Assembly: GCA_964016885.1 (NCBI GenBank)
Contig: OZ024741.1
Location: forward strand, 151,838,001-151,902,000
Direction: 5' to 3'
Length of the DNA: 64,000 bases
Origin: Eledone cirrhosa
Taxonomy: Eukaryota
Shown piece by piece: positions 44,306-57,739 of this stretch. The number at the start of each line of letters is the position of its first letter. Positions within the stretch are counted from its first letter, which is position 1. The notes under the pieces are model-generated. The model had not been told where the DNA came from. It was given only the letters and a program-made list of their open reading frames with translations, and did no database searches. The position numbers and the translations under genes are program-made.

Positions 44306-44330
44306 CATATATATACATATATATATATTC

Positions 44331-44362
<32 letters not shown>

Positions 44363-44413
44363 TTATTAAAATAACAGATTAAATTTATTACTATATATGT
44401 ATATATATATATA

Positions 44414-44689
44414 GTTTTGCGAGGTTTTTTATATGAAATCGTGTGTCGAAACAAATATTGTTATACTTGGGGAGGGTCATATTTGTGTAATATTGCCAGA
44501 ATTAATAACAGAACACACTCACTGTTTGGTTGGTTTTCGCTTTTCGCTTCTGTGTCTTTTATATCGGTAATCTAATATACTCGGTCCTCAATGTTGCCAT
44601 TGACTGACCGACGGTCAAAAATAATACAGATACAATATAGACACAAACACATATATATAGTTTATCATAAATCTTTCGTTGCACATCTG
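44414..44689 (-). mobile_element. Inverted pLTR segment at the 5' side of the Penelope-like element
   Basis: 44455-44689 is the reverse complement of 482-716. The junction falls in HHR helix II. Confidence 0.85.
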
Positions 44690-46323
44690 AGAACAAAATG
44701 TGTGGAGATGATCATTGAGAGTGAGGTGGAGTTCTGCGACGTCGACACAGACGAACTGGGCCTCCTACTTAGACTTACCTACGACACTGACTACCTAGAC
44801 AGCCATGACCTTAGACGTTTCTGCCCTAGTAGACCCATAAGAGGTAGACCCCCACCTTAACCTCAATGGCAAAAAAGACTCCGATGGGAAGGTGGATTGG
44901 GTGGACCAAAGCTATACGGACCCCCCAAAACAATGATCAGGTAAGAAAAATGGTCGCACATGCAATAGGGGCTAGTATCAAAACTACCCTCAAGGGCCAC
45001 ATATTTAAGTTCAACGAGAAGATCTACACCGAAAACGAAGGAGCAGCCATTGGTGTCAGCATAGCTGGTGATGTTGCCAACCTTTTCATGGTATTGTGGG
45101 AAAGGAGACTTAAAGATCTCCTTAATGAGAGCTCCATAGACCTCATCATGTACTCTCGTTATGTAGACGATATCAATATAGTTATAAGAACATCCCCACT
45201 AGAGAACACTAACAAGTTTGATTTAGAACGTAGCACAATGTAAAGCATCCAGCAGATAGCTAATTCCATACACCAGAGTATAACTGTAACTATCGACTTC
45301 CCTTCCAAACACCCTAACAATAGACTACCTGTATTAGACACAGAACTCTGGATTAACACTATAGACGAGAGAGCCCAAATTCTCCACTTACACTATGCTA
45401 AACCCATGGCCTCCAAATACCTGATACTCAAAAACTCAGCAATGTCCAGTAGTGATAAGTTTAATATTCTGATCGCAGATTTGGTACGAGTGATGAAGAA
45501 TGTGTCCCGCATGTTCTAACCAAAAGAAATGGAAAGACACATCCAACACTTCATCAACCGCATGTAGTTCTCTGGCTACAACCAAAGAGACAGAGTCAGA
45601 GTATACGAAGGAGCCATGGAGAAGTATAAGACCCTCATAGAACTGGACATGAAAGGAATTTGCCCATTATACAGGAGCAAATCATGGAATAGCTTAGATA
45701 GGGCTAGACATAAGATAGGGAAAGCCACCTCATGGTACGACAACCAGAGATACCAGACTGTCATGTTTGTGGACGCTACCCCTGGAGCGAAATTAGCTAA
45801 CCAGTGTAGAAAGGCCCTGAGAAAGACCCACTTAAAAATTAAGGTGGTAGAAAAGCCAGGAACCACCATAAAATCCCTGATCAGCAAAACTTACCCTTTT
45901 AAGAAAACCTACTGTACCAATAGGAAATGTATCACATGTAAGGTAAACCCCCGGATAAACTGTAAAACTAGAAACGTAGTCTATAGCATAAGATGTACAG
46001 AGGGTACCTGCAGAAACATGACAACAACATACATAGGTGAGACAGCTCGTAGCATAGGTGAAAGGATAGACCAACACTGGGGGGGGGGGGGACTAAAAGG
46101 ACGAAAAAACGGGCCAGTACTATACGAACATGCCAGACAACAACATGACGGTAACATAGACAACATAGAAATTAGAATAATATCTAAACATAGAAATAAC
46201 CCAGCAGATAGGCAAATCAGAGAGGCCAGTGAAATAGAACTTAGAAGGCCAAGGCTAAACAGAAAGAATGAATGGAATAACAACAACACCCAAACAAACA
46301 ACACTGACCTAAGAGAAGTATAA
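44690..46323 (+). pseudogene. Penelope-like retroelement polyprotein (RT + Zn linker + GIY-YIG endonuclease), 5'-truncated and disrupted
   Basis: GAAIGVSIAGDVANLFM, YSRYVDDI, LPVLDTELWI, CTNRKCITC, NVVYSIRC...YIGETARSIGERI. In-frame TAA/TAA/TAG near 45241, 45517 and 45564, and a frameshift near 44860. Confidence 0.92.
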
Positions 46324-46776
46324 ATAAGTAAATAAAATAAAATAAAAATAAATAAATAAATAAATACATACATACACAAGCACAATAACAACAAACACAT
46401 AAACACACATTAGTCACCCAATCACGAACACACATCAAACAAAACACTATTTATTATTAAGATGTATAAACTTGACATAACTATTATCATCTTATATTCT
46501 CTCAACTAATCACATTTGATTATATTCTCTATCCCGTTTTCTCCCTCCATATTTATAATATTTTTATTTGACAAAATCGGTTTTTTACATTGTGTTTTTC
46601 CCTTCTAATACTTGCTTATATTTTTTATATATTCTCTATATATTTTTTATATATATTTTTTTTTATCTTTATTCTTATTTTCACTCTTATCCTCCTTTAT
46701 ATTTTACCTTATTCTTACTTTTATACCTTATTATAGTGTAATCTTCCCCATGCCTTATTATACATTATTAATTATA

Positions 46777-47118
46777 CGGTGGATTGGCAGTATCAGTAGA
46801 GGGTCGGACGCCATGCTTTCCAGCATAGTTACGTCCCTTTACGATCTGAGTTCAAATCCCGCCGAGGTTGACTTTGCCTTTCATCCTTACGGGGTCGATA
46901 AAATAAAGTACCAGTAATGCACTGGGTAATTGCTGGCCTTGTGCCTAAAGTAGAAACAATTAATTATAGATTATTATTGACGCATAGAGTTACGGCCCTT
47001 GCCATTCTGAGTTCAAATCTCGCCGAGGTTAACTTTGCCTTTCATCCTTACGGGGTCGATAAAATAAAGTACCAGTAATACACTGGGTAATTGCTGGCCT
47101 TGTGCCTAATGTAGAAAT
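46777..47118 (+). mobile_element. Tandem pair of tRNA-derived SINEs (46777-46958 and 5'-truncated 46977-47118)
   Basis: Both match 42264-42451. ATTAATTATA occurs before, between and after the copies. Confidence 0.9.
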
Positions 47119-47452
47119 AATTAATTATAGATTATTATTATCACTCTTATCCCATGTCTAATTACCTCATGTACTTTCTCCTCCGTTATATATATATATA
47201 TATTGTATGCCCTTTGTGTGTGTGTAGCCTCTGCACACCCTCTGCACCCTACTATCAACGCCACCCCATCTATGGCTCCACTAACCACTCGACTCCCGGG
47301 AATGAATATGACCACAGCTAGTAAACAAGGACCAACACCCCACCCTCCCGCACCAAAATTAGACTTATCGTCCCCTGCTTTTGCTCTTTACTCTCTAAAC
47401 TCTTTGTTCTTGAATGTTTGGTTAGTAGAGTCCATAACACCAATCAATCCCC

Positions 47453-47512
47453 TTTTATAGCTCTGAAGAATCCTACGGTTACGTAAAAAAGAAACATTGT
47501 AAGCCAATAAAA
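47453..47512 (+). ncRNA. Minimal type I hammerhead ribozyme at 3' end of a pLTR-like segment
   Basis: GCT-CTGAAGA (47463-69), TACG-gtta-CGTA, GAAAC-ATT-GTA-AGC, followed by AATAAA and (TA)n. The base of helix II is degenerate. Confidence 0.7.
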
Positions 47513-47574
47513 ATATTTTGATGTTGTAGACGCTCTTGTGTTCTTTATCATATATATATATATATATATATATA

Positions 47575-47765
47575 TAATGTATAAAAAACAACAATACAAT
47601 ATAATTACCTCATTACCAGAGGTTTCCCGAATAAGGCGAATACGAAAGAAACGTCTTCATTCGTTCGTCCGACGAACGAATGAAGACGTTTCTTTCGTAT
47701 TCGCCTTATTCGGGAAACCTCTGGTAATGAGGTAATTATATTGTATTGTTGTTTTTTATACATTA
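47575..47765. repeat. Perfect palindrome, 95-bp arms, 1-nt spacer at 47670
   Basis: Arms read as exact reverse complements. The right arm holds an HHR-like 3' half GAAACC-tct-GGTA (47714-47726) and continues to (TA)n at ~47838. Confidence 0.9.
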
Positions 47766-47834
47766 AATTTTGCTCTGGTACTTACATAGAACACTCTTCA
47801 CTCCTATGACTTTTTCTGTTTTCAACGGAAACTT

Positions 47835-47872
<38 letters not shown>

Positions 47873-47907
47873 GGAGAAAATGAAATTATCGAAAACGTAT
47901 ACATACT

Positions 47908-48031
<124 letters not shown>

Positions 48032-48667
48032 GTGTGTGTTTGTGTGTGTGTGTATGTGTGTGTATATGTAAATGTTGGGGTTGTGTGTGCGATTAAGACC
48101 GTCAGTTGCTTAACCTACATTGGGAACAAGCCAAAGCTATCTACGAACTCAAGTCAACGTAATCCATAAACTCACATACGCCCTCACTGACACCCATACC
48201 GTACAAAAAAAAAGAAAATTCTCACATGAATCAGGTTCGCGTGAGAATTTTCTTTTTTTAGGAAGTAGTTTAGTGTCTAAACTATTTCATAACCCACCAG
48301 GCGAAGCAATCACTGACAAGCATCAATTACAGATGTCATTAGTCTGCAGTTGTCGTATTACATAATTCTATAATAAGAATATGCAGCAACTCCGCCCCCA
48401 CCCCGTTGCGTAACTGGCTATTCACCTACACATAATCAGTGGACCCACTAGAAATATCACCCGACCGTACACCCACAACGAATCAGATTCGACATATAGC
48501 ATCCACCGACATATAGCATACACCATCTTCAACAAGAACCTAAAACGTCAAAACCTAAATCGCGGAATCGCTAATTAACCTAATCTAAAATCTATCCCGC
48601 TTAACAAACTGAAAACCATGTCATGTCTTATTAACCTAATTCTGTGCAAAGACAGAAAACAATGTGG

Positions 48668-49181
48668 TTACATGTAGGAACATATACCTTTAATATTATT
48701 CTCCCCAACGGTAGAGAAACCTTTGGTCGTTTGAACGACTGCTATTTTTAGCAGCACGGGATTGACCTGTCCATCTTGCTTTCTGTCTTTGCACATGGTA
48801 CTAGACAAAATTGTTTCATCATTCATTTACTCTCATTCTTAGGCAGTTTTATATGGCGCCAGTTTCTAATTTGAACTCGGGATTTGATATTCTCCGAGAG
48901 AGAAAAGCCTTCTGACGATGATCTCTTTCTCAATGAAAATTCCGCTTGGATTATCTATTTGTTTGGGATCTGAAACCGCGGTAAGGGCAAATATAGTAAG
49001 TACAGTGCATTTTTTGGAATCTATATTTTTTATAAATTTTTTTTATATTTTCTGTGTTTACACTCCCTGATTTTATATGTTCTGGCTTGTTAATTTATTA
49101 ACTTGCCATTGAACCACACTAGCAATGGTCGGACTATACTTATGTCCCTATGTGTACTAATTACATGTAGGAACATATACC

Positions 49182-49189
<8 letters not shown>
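48668..49189 (+). mobile_element. ~493-bp HHR monomer with 29-bp terminal redundancy; circular permutation of 36921-37530
   Basis: TTACATGTAGGAACATATACCTTTAATAT at 48668 and 49161. Block-wise homology to the reverse complement of 36921-37414. Confidence 0.8.
48907..48988 (+). ncRNA. Type I hammerhead ribozyme with extended helix II
   Basis: GCCTT-CTGACGA-T-GATCTC...GGGATC-T-GAAAC-CGCG-GTA-AGGGC, with palindromic helix III ACCGCGGT. Confidence 0.85.
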
Positions 49190-49248
<59 letters not shown>

Positions 49249-49276
49249 ATATATATATGTGTGTATATATATATAT

Positions 49277-49540
49277 TGGAGGCACGTGGCCTAGTGGAAA
49301 GGGTGTTGGACTTACGATAATAATGTCGTGGGTTTTATTCCTGGGTTGCATGTTGTGTTCTTCAGCAAAACACTTCATATCACGTTGCTCCAGTATATTC
49401 AGCTGAAAATGAGTACCAACAATAGCTGGAGGTTTGACCCTGTCCAGGGAGGGGGGAGTCTTGTACTCTCGGTCGCTTCATGCCATGAAACCGGGATAGG
49501 CACTGGCCAAATGAGCCTTCTGGCTTAAGACAGACTTTAG
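49277..49540 (+). mobile_element. tRNA-derived SINE, second family
   Basis: A-box-like GTGGCCTAGTGG, degenerate B box, central TGTTGTGTTCTTCAGCAAAACACTT core. Flanked by (TA)n. Confidence 0.7.
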
Positions 49541-49542
49541 AC

Positions 49543-49600
<58 letters not shown>

Positions 49601-49601
<1 letters not shown>

Positions 49602-49632
49602 CCTGAAGAAGGGCTTATGCCCGAAACGTCGT
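49601..49632 (+). ncRNA. Minimal type I hammerhead ribozyme heading a ~120-bp pLTR remnant (to ~49720)
   Basis: AC-CTGAAGA-A-GGGC-ttat-GCCC-GAAAC-GTC-GT. Palindromic ACGT helix III, GUC site, downstream AATAAA, embedded in (TA)n. Confidence 0.8.
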
Positions 49633-50551
49633 CCTCCACCTACCCCCCACTCTCCTGAGCGTGAATCTAATAAACATTTGTCGTACTGCCTCTCTGTTCT
49701 GTCCCTGTTCAATTTTTTATTATATATATATATATTGTATGTATATATATATATATACATACACACACACACACACACAGAAAAGCTTATACACCAATAC
49801 GCACACATATACACATATATACACACAGACACAACTACACATACATACACAAATATACATATACACACGCTTTCCTTATGTTGTTGCCATGGTTATTATT
49901 TACGCCATGATACAAACGTTGCCATGACTACCTGATGTCCATTCACATTGTAGAAATATGACGAGGGCTATGGATGTTGATGTTGTTGACAATAGCAAGA
50001 AGAGAGGGGGGGATATTGCTACGGTAACCGCATCTCTTCTTGGGCGAACTACTGTTAGTATCTCCTCTCCATCACTCTCTTTTTTCCTTCTTCGTTTCAT
50101 TCTTTCTTTCTTGCTGCCCATGTACGCCGTTCTCTCTCTTCCGTTCTCCCTCACTCAGTCACTATCTCTCTCTCTCTCGTTCAGTCACTTTCTCCCTCCC
50201 CCTCTCTCTCTTTATCTATCTATCTATCTCTCTCTCTCTCTCTCTCTCTTTCTCAGTCACTTTCTCTTTATCTTCTCTTTATCTCTCTGTATGACAAACG
50301 TAGATGACACATACATATATACATACACACAAACACATATACATACACATATAATATATATATATATATGGTTATTTGGAAGTTACAGGTATGTTTAATA
50401 TTTGGTAGAAGCGTATATTACTCTTTTACTTATTTATTTTTCAAGCCCACGGGACGTGACCATACTAGACCACCGACATGTTTTATAAATATAGGATCCG
50501 CTAAGGTGAAACAATTGTTCTCGGTATGGTGAACTAACTGTTGTGTAACCA

Positions 50552-50607
<56 letters not shown>

Positions 50608-50904
50608 ATCGGAGACGCTGGCCGCGAAACACGATCATCACTGACAGCGAACGCGCAGAGAGCATCCCTTATGGTTGATTCCCAACCTGCTAAAAATAGC
50701 AGCCAGGCTGGTTACCATACTTGGGATGCTTTTCTCCTTTGGTGTTATAAATTTAGTATCAATAAACCTCCTCCTTCCATTGCTGTACTTATGAGCGAAG
50801 GAACCAACCAACAACGTTGTCTTTTATATTATGTATAGATTAGTATTGGTGCTCCAACATAACGTTATACACATATATATATACGCAATGTATATCGATT
50901 AATA

Positions 50905-51261
50905 TACAGGATGTTTATGAAAAACATTTGACAACCTTTCGCAATGAAATTTTAAGTTTGTTACCACCGTTATACATCATTAGCTTCAGCAAAAACAAGG
51001 GGAAAGTAACCGACTTTCGCTTGTTGGCGATTGTGAAGGCTAAATATCCACCTTAGTTTCCGCTAAGACATAATAAGCTAGAATCTTAAAGATTTCTCAC
51101 TTATGTATATCAGCTGATGAAACTCATTTGCATGCGGAGCAAGGTCTCAAACATTGCATACGGAATATATAACATTGCAATATTTCGTTTGCAAAAGATT
51201 TCAAGATTGGTATAGAAAGTAGAATTCGTTGATCATAGCAATTTCCCTAGATACTCCTGTA
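50905..51261. mobile_element. Possible old Tc1/mariner-type MITE
   Basis: TA-CAGGATGT ... ACTCCTG-TA short imperfect termini only. Confidence 0.3.
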
Positions 51262-51382
51262 TCAGTGAGCATGTTCGTACTAAAATCTCCAGTTTTATAG
51301 TATTACTTTATAATTGAAATTGCACAAATATCGTACACACACATTACACAAAGAAATTAACAAAAAAAAATAAATATTAATG

Positions 51383-51422
<40 letters not shown>

Positions 51423-51803
51423 GTATCCACTGAAAGTTGTGGGGTCTATTCTGTATGAAGAACTCAATATAATCCATATGTTGAAAATGTTGTAGGTTAA
51501 GATGTTAAGATAAATCTCAGAAAACAATAAAACATTAAAAGGAAAACAGAGTCATGATATAAGTTAAAACAATGAAATAAAAAATCAAGTCATTAGAGAT
51601 ATATTTCACTGCTTTACGATCGTTTCTAGATGATGATAATACATTGTATCTATATTCAGTTATTGATCTATGTAAGTTTACAAACTATCAGATAGAGAGA
51701 ATATTTACTTACATGTATATCACCAGCTATTTTCAAAGAAAACATTAGTACCCATTATATATATATATATGTGTGTGTGTGTATGTATGTGTGTGTGTGT
51801 GTG

Positions 51804-51854
<51 letters not shown>

Positions 51855-52644
51855 CTGGTACTAATGTTTTAGATCTATATATATATTTTTATTGTTTGAC
51901 CCGAATTACTTGGTCGTTTCTTTGGCTGTGCGGATGTTTGTTTAACCATCGTCTCAGTGTGTTTGGCCTTTAACGTATGTTGTAGCTCTGGTTCATCTGA
52001 ATTATCGAGCGCTTGCCACACATCTCGGAAGTTATTTTTCGTTAATTCCTAAGCCGAAATACGATTCTCGCTAATTTATATTTATATATATATATATATA
52101 TATACATATATATATACATATATATATACATATATATATACGTATGTGTTGTATATCGAATTTACTGTGTAAAAGCATCAACGGATTTTATATAAGATCA
52201 AAGCTATATATAACATTTAAGTTACATACTTTCTTTGACCTTCAAAGTTAAACTATTTATTACTCATAGAGACTCTATATATTTGTTCATTGCGATCCCT
52301 ATGTATAACTAAGTACAATTATTCCTTCCATTAAACCAAAACCAACAAAAGCCAAACGCCATAAAAGCTCACAATTTTCATAAAGCAAGGTGACAGTTGA
52401 TATTATTTATCAAATTCCATTTACGCTATTTAATTGCGTATCAACCATAATAAATACGCCCTGTGTGTTTATGGATATATATAGAGATATATATTAATGC
52501 ACTTAAATACAAGGACATCCAGAGGTCGACTGATGAGAAAGAGACTGCCCTTGTATCTCCGTTTTTCCGTTGTCTTCACCTACCTTCTTTTGACTTAGTT
52601 TTATATGATCGGAGCCGCTCAGGCCATTCTTTCAAATTGATATA

Positions 52645-52957
52645 TCTATAGCCTTATAAAAGGAAGTTTGTTTGTACGTTGACCCCTAATATCATAAAAT
52701 AAAATTGATAATAATTAAGGCCTTTCATGTGTTTTCAACTAATCTGATCTCCATTAAGCTAACTGTGGACTCATTTCCCGAAAATGGAATGGGGAGCTAA
52801 TTGGAGTATAATTTACTGCTATTTCTAGCACACAAATACTATCTTTTCGAACGCCATGCTATCAATATATAGAGAGTGAAAAGCCGCACCTCTCACTCAA
52901 ACTACCTTCTCCTCACTCTAAGTAAAGCGTTTGTTGTCAGCCGCCCTAATATATGAT

Positions 52958-53029
<72 letters not shown>

Positions 53030-53176
53030 TCTTCCCATCTCTCTTTCACTGCCGCTTTTTCTCTCTATCTGTGTGTATATATTTATCTGTCTATCGTCCC
53101 TCATGTTATCTATATCTATAGAGAGAAAGTAAAACTCTACTTCGGCTCTCACTCACTCAACTTCCCCCTCTATCTA

Positions 53177-53231
<55 letters not shown>

Positions 53232-53880
53232 TGTCCAACCGCTAACTAAAGCTTACGCCCACTCATAAATGTGTAAACACACTCGCACGCACACACGTAT
53301 TTACATTTATATATATATATATATATACAATACTTATAAAAATAAAGTTTGTACGTTGACCCCTAAACGCACTGAATAAAATTAGTAATAAATAAGGTTT
53401 TCCGTGTGTTTTCAGCTTATATGACCTCCAGCATACTCGCAATCGACTTTCTATCCGAAAACGGAATGGGAGAACCCTCGGATTTTTCCGGTCTCAGAGA
53501 TTTCTTCTGTGAGAGTTTTTCCTTTTCTAGGTTTGTTCATTTGTTTTCGAACGATCTTACAACAACTCCTATTTTTCGAAAACGGAGGCACGGAGTGAGG
53601 GAGACCTTCGGAGTTACAGAGAAGCACTTCTCAGCCGTTTAAATTTATAGAAAACCATTCACTGGCGATCGTGTAAAAATTTCTTTTTCTAGGTGTTTTA
53701 GCAGACTGGCCGATCAGTCAGATCTGCATATTAGCAGATCCACTTATCAGCCAGATTTGCATATCAGCAGACTGGCCGGTCAGTTTCCTGTATACGAGCG
53801 ATCAATGGCCGGCTTTGCCATGTGCAAATTAGGCCGATCAGTCTAAGTATATTTTGGAAAATATCATATATTTTCACTAG
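52645..53880 (+). repeat. Two diverged copies (52645-52900; 53326-53880) of a repeat with Helitron-like 5' end
   Basis: Both start CTTATAAAA..AAGTTTG..TACGTTGACCCCTAA and stay alignable for ~250 bp. TC start in copy 1 and CTAG at ~53877, but no clear terminal hairpin. Confidence 0.45.
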
Positions 53881-54095
53881 TTCTGACAGTTGGCAGGTGA
53901 ACAGTGAATTGTGCTGTTGAAGGGTAATACCCAGAAACATTAGTATCTGCAGTTCTGTTTACATGCCAACACAAGAGCAATAATGAGGGGTTCATTCTAC
54001 TGACATGGCTTTAAAAATGAGGCTTGTTTGCATTATTGCAAACGAATCGAATGTTATTATTAATATTCGAAAAACTCAGATTACATTTATATCTA

Positions 54096-54242
<147 letters not shown>

Positions 54243-54654
54243 GGATTATTTCGGCAGATTTCGGTCATGTATATTTTCTCCCAACTTCGAGTATTTGGAA
54301 TACTCACTAAATTGGTTAAATTTTTTATGTACAACAAATGTTCTGGCGAATCGCCTTTATATTAATACTTACGCATTGTTCATGTGTGAGCGTGTGTACG
54401 TGCATGTACGCATACAGGAAGGCTTGCTCGATGTGGGTGTATCGTGACTGCTTAAATATCGTTTCGTTTATTCCCTCTATATTACACATTTAATGTTTCT
54501 CTTTAGATTATTATACAACTGATTATCATTGAGTCCTTTTTACTTTATAATATATATTCTATATTTTATATTTTATTATTATCATCATTACTATCATTAT
54601 GATTATTATTATTGAAGATGAAGCCATGCTTCTTATCAGCTCCAGTTTTTTTCA

Positions 54655-57610
54655 ACAGTACCAACGAAAACAACAACAGTGACAACAATAACAGCAGCAA
54701 CAGTACCAACAAAAACAACAACAATAGCAGCAGCAACAGTACCAACAAAAACAACAACAATGACAACAATAACAGCAGCAACAGTACCAACAAAAACAAC
54801 AACAATGATAACAATAGCAGCGGCAACAGTACCAAAGAAAACAACAACAATGACAACAATAACAGCAGCAACAGTACCAACAAAAACAACAACAATGACA
54901 ACAATAGCAGCAGCAACAGTACCAACAAAAACAACAACAATGACAACAATAACAGCAGCAACAGTACCAACAAAAACAACAACAATGACAACAATAACAG
55001 CAGCAACAGTACCAACAAAAACAACAACAATGACAACAATAGCAGCAGCAACAGTACCAACAAAAACAACAACAATGACAACAATAACAGCAGCAACAGT
55101 ACCAACAAAAACAACAACAATGACAACAATAACAGCAGCAACAGTACCAACAAAAACAACAATAATGACAACAATAGCAGCAGCAACAGTACCAACAAAA
55201 ACAACAACAATGACAACAATAACAGCAGCAACAGTACCAACAAAAACAACAACAATGATAACAATAGCAGCGGCAACAGTACCAAAGAAAACAACAACAA
55301 TGACAACAATAACAGCAGCAACAGTACCAACAAAAACAACAACAATGACAACAATAGCAGCAGCAACAGTACCAACAAAAACAACAACAATGACAACAAT
55401 AGCAGCAGCAACAGTACCAACAAAAACAACAACAATGACAACAAAAGCAGCAGCAACAGTACCAACAAAAACAACAACAATGATAACAATAGCAGCGGCA
55501 ACAGTACCAAAGAAAACAACAACAATGACAACAATAACAGCAGCAACAGTACCAACAAAAACAACAACAATGACAACAAAAGCAGCAGCAACAGTACCAA
55601 CAAAAACAACAACAATGACAACAATAACAGCAGCAACAGTACCAACAAAAACAACAACAATGACAACAATAACAGCGGCAACAGTACCAACAAAAACAAC
55701 AACAATGACATCAATAACAGCAGCAACAGTACCAACAAAAACAACAACAATGACAACAATAACAGCAGCAACAGTACCAACAAAAACAACAACAATGACA
55801 ACAATAACAGCAGCAACAGTACCAAAAATAACAACAACAATGACAACAATAGCAGCAGCAACAGTACCAACAAAAACAACAACAATGACAACAATAACAG
55901 CAGCAACAATACCAACAAAAACAACAACAATGACAACAATAACAGCAGCAACTGTACCAAAAATAACAACAACAATGACAACAATAGCAGCAGCAACAGT
56001 ACCAACAAAAACAACAACAATGACAACAATAACAGCAGCAACAGTACCAAAGAATACAACAACAATGACAACAATAGCAGCAGCAACAGTACCAACGAAA
56101 ACAACAACAATGACAACAATAGCAGCGGCAACAGTACCAAAGAATTCAACAACAATGACAACAATAACAGCAGCAACAGTACCAACAAAAACAACAATAA
56201 TGACAACAATAACAGCAGCAACAGTACCAACAAAAACAACAACAATGACAACAATAGCATCAGCAACAGTACCAACAAAAACAACAACAATGACAACAAA
56301 AGCAGCAGCAACAGTACCAAAGAAAACAACAACAATGATAACAATAGCAGCAGCAACAGTACCAACAAAAACAACAACAATGACAACAAAAGCAGCAGCA
56401 ACAGTACCAACAAAAACAACAACAATGACAACAATAACAGAAGCAACAGTACCAAAGAAAACAACAACAATGACAACAATAGCAGCAGCAACAGTACCAA
56501 CGAAAACAACAACAATGACAACAATAGCAGCGGCAACAGTACCAATGAAAACAACAACAATGACAACAATAACAGCAGCAACAGAACCAACAAATCAACA
56601 ACAATGACAACAATAACAGCAGCAACAGTACCAACGAAAACAACAACAATGACAACAATAACAGCAGCAACAGTACCAACGAAAACAACAACAATGACAA
56701 CAATAGCAGCAGCAACAGTACCAACAAAAACAACAACAATGACAACAATAACAGCAGCAACAGTACCAACAAAAACAACAACAATGACAACAATAGCAGC
56801 AGCAACAGTACCAACAAAAACAACAACAATGACAACAATAACAGCAGCAACAGTACCAACAAAAACAACAACAATGACAACAATAACAGCAGCAACAGTA
56901 CCAACAAAATCAACAACAATGACAACAATAGCAGCAGCAACAGTACCAACAAAAACAACAACAATGACAACAAAAGCAGCAGCAACAGTACCAAAGAAAA
57001 CAACAACAATGACAACAATAGCAGCAGCAACAGTACCAACAAAAACAACAACAATGACAACAATAGCAGCAGCAACAGTACCAACGAAAACAACAACAAT
57101 GACAACAATAACAGCAGCAACAGTACCAACAAAAACAACAACAATGACAACAATAGCAGCAGCAACAGTACCAACAAAAACAACAACAATGACAACAATA
57201 ACAGCAGCAACAGTACCAACGAAAACAACAACAATGACAACAATAACATCAGCAACAGTACCAACAAAAACAACAACAATGACAACAATAGCAGCAGCAA
57301 CAGTACCAACAAAAACAACAACAATGACAACAATAACAGCAGCAACAGTACCAACAAAAACAACAACAATGACAACAATAACAGCAGCAACAGTACCAAC
57401 AAAAACAACAACAATGACAACAATAGCAGCAGCAACAGTACCAACAAAAACAACAACAATGACAACAATAGCAGCAGCAACAGTACCAACAAAAACAACA
57501 ACAATGACAACAATAGCAGCAGCAACAGTACCAACAAAAACAACAACAATGACAACAATAACAGCAGCAACAGTACCAACAAAAACAACAACAATGACAA
57601 CAATAACAGT
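54655..57610. repeat. 45-bp minisatellite AACAGTACCAACAAAAACAACAACAATGACAACAATAACAGCAGC (roughly 65 copies)
   Basis: Directly visible, derived from CAN triplets. A 1-nt deletion near 56594 shifts phase. Confidence 0.97.
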
Positions 57611-57739
57611 AACAGCGATCTCAGCACCAACAGCAAGACCAGTAGCAGCAGTAGCGGCAGCAATAGTGGTGCCGCTGAAAAATGGGCCACTTCTTTTGCA
57701 GGTGTGACCGGAAATGTCGAAACAATGCTAATCACGGAG

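Noticed and set aside
44690-46323. Selenocysteine read-through in the Penelope-like ORF
   Set aside because: The in-frame stops I read are TAA/TAA/TAG, not TGA, and no SECIS is recognisable.
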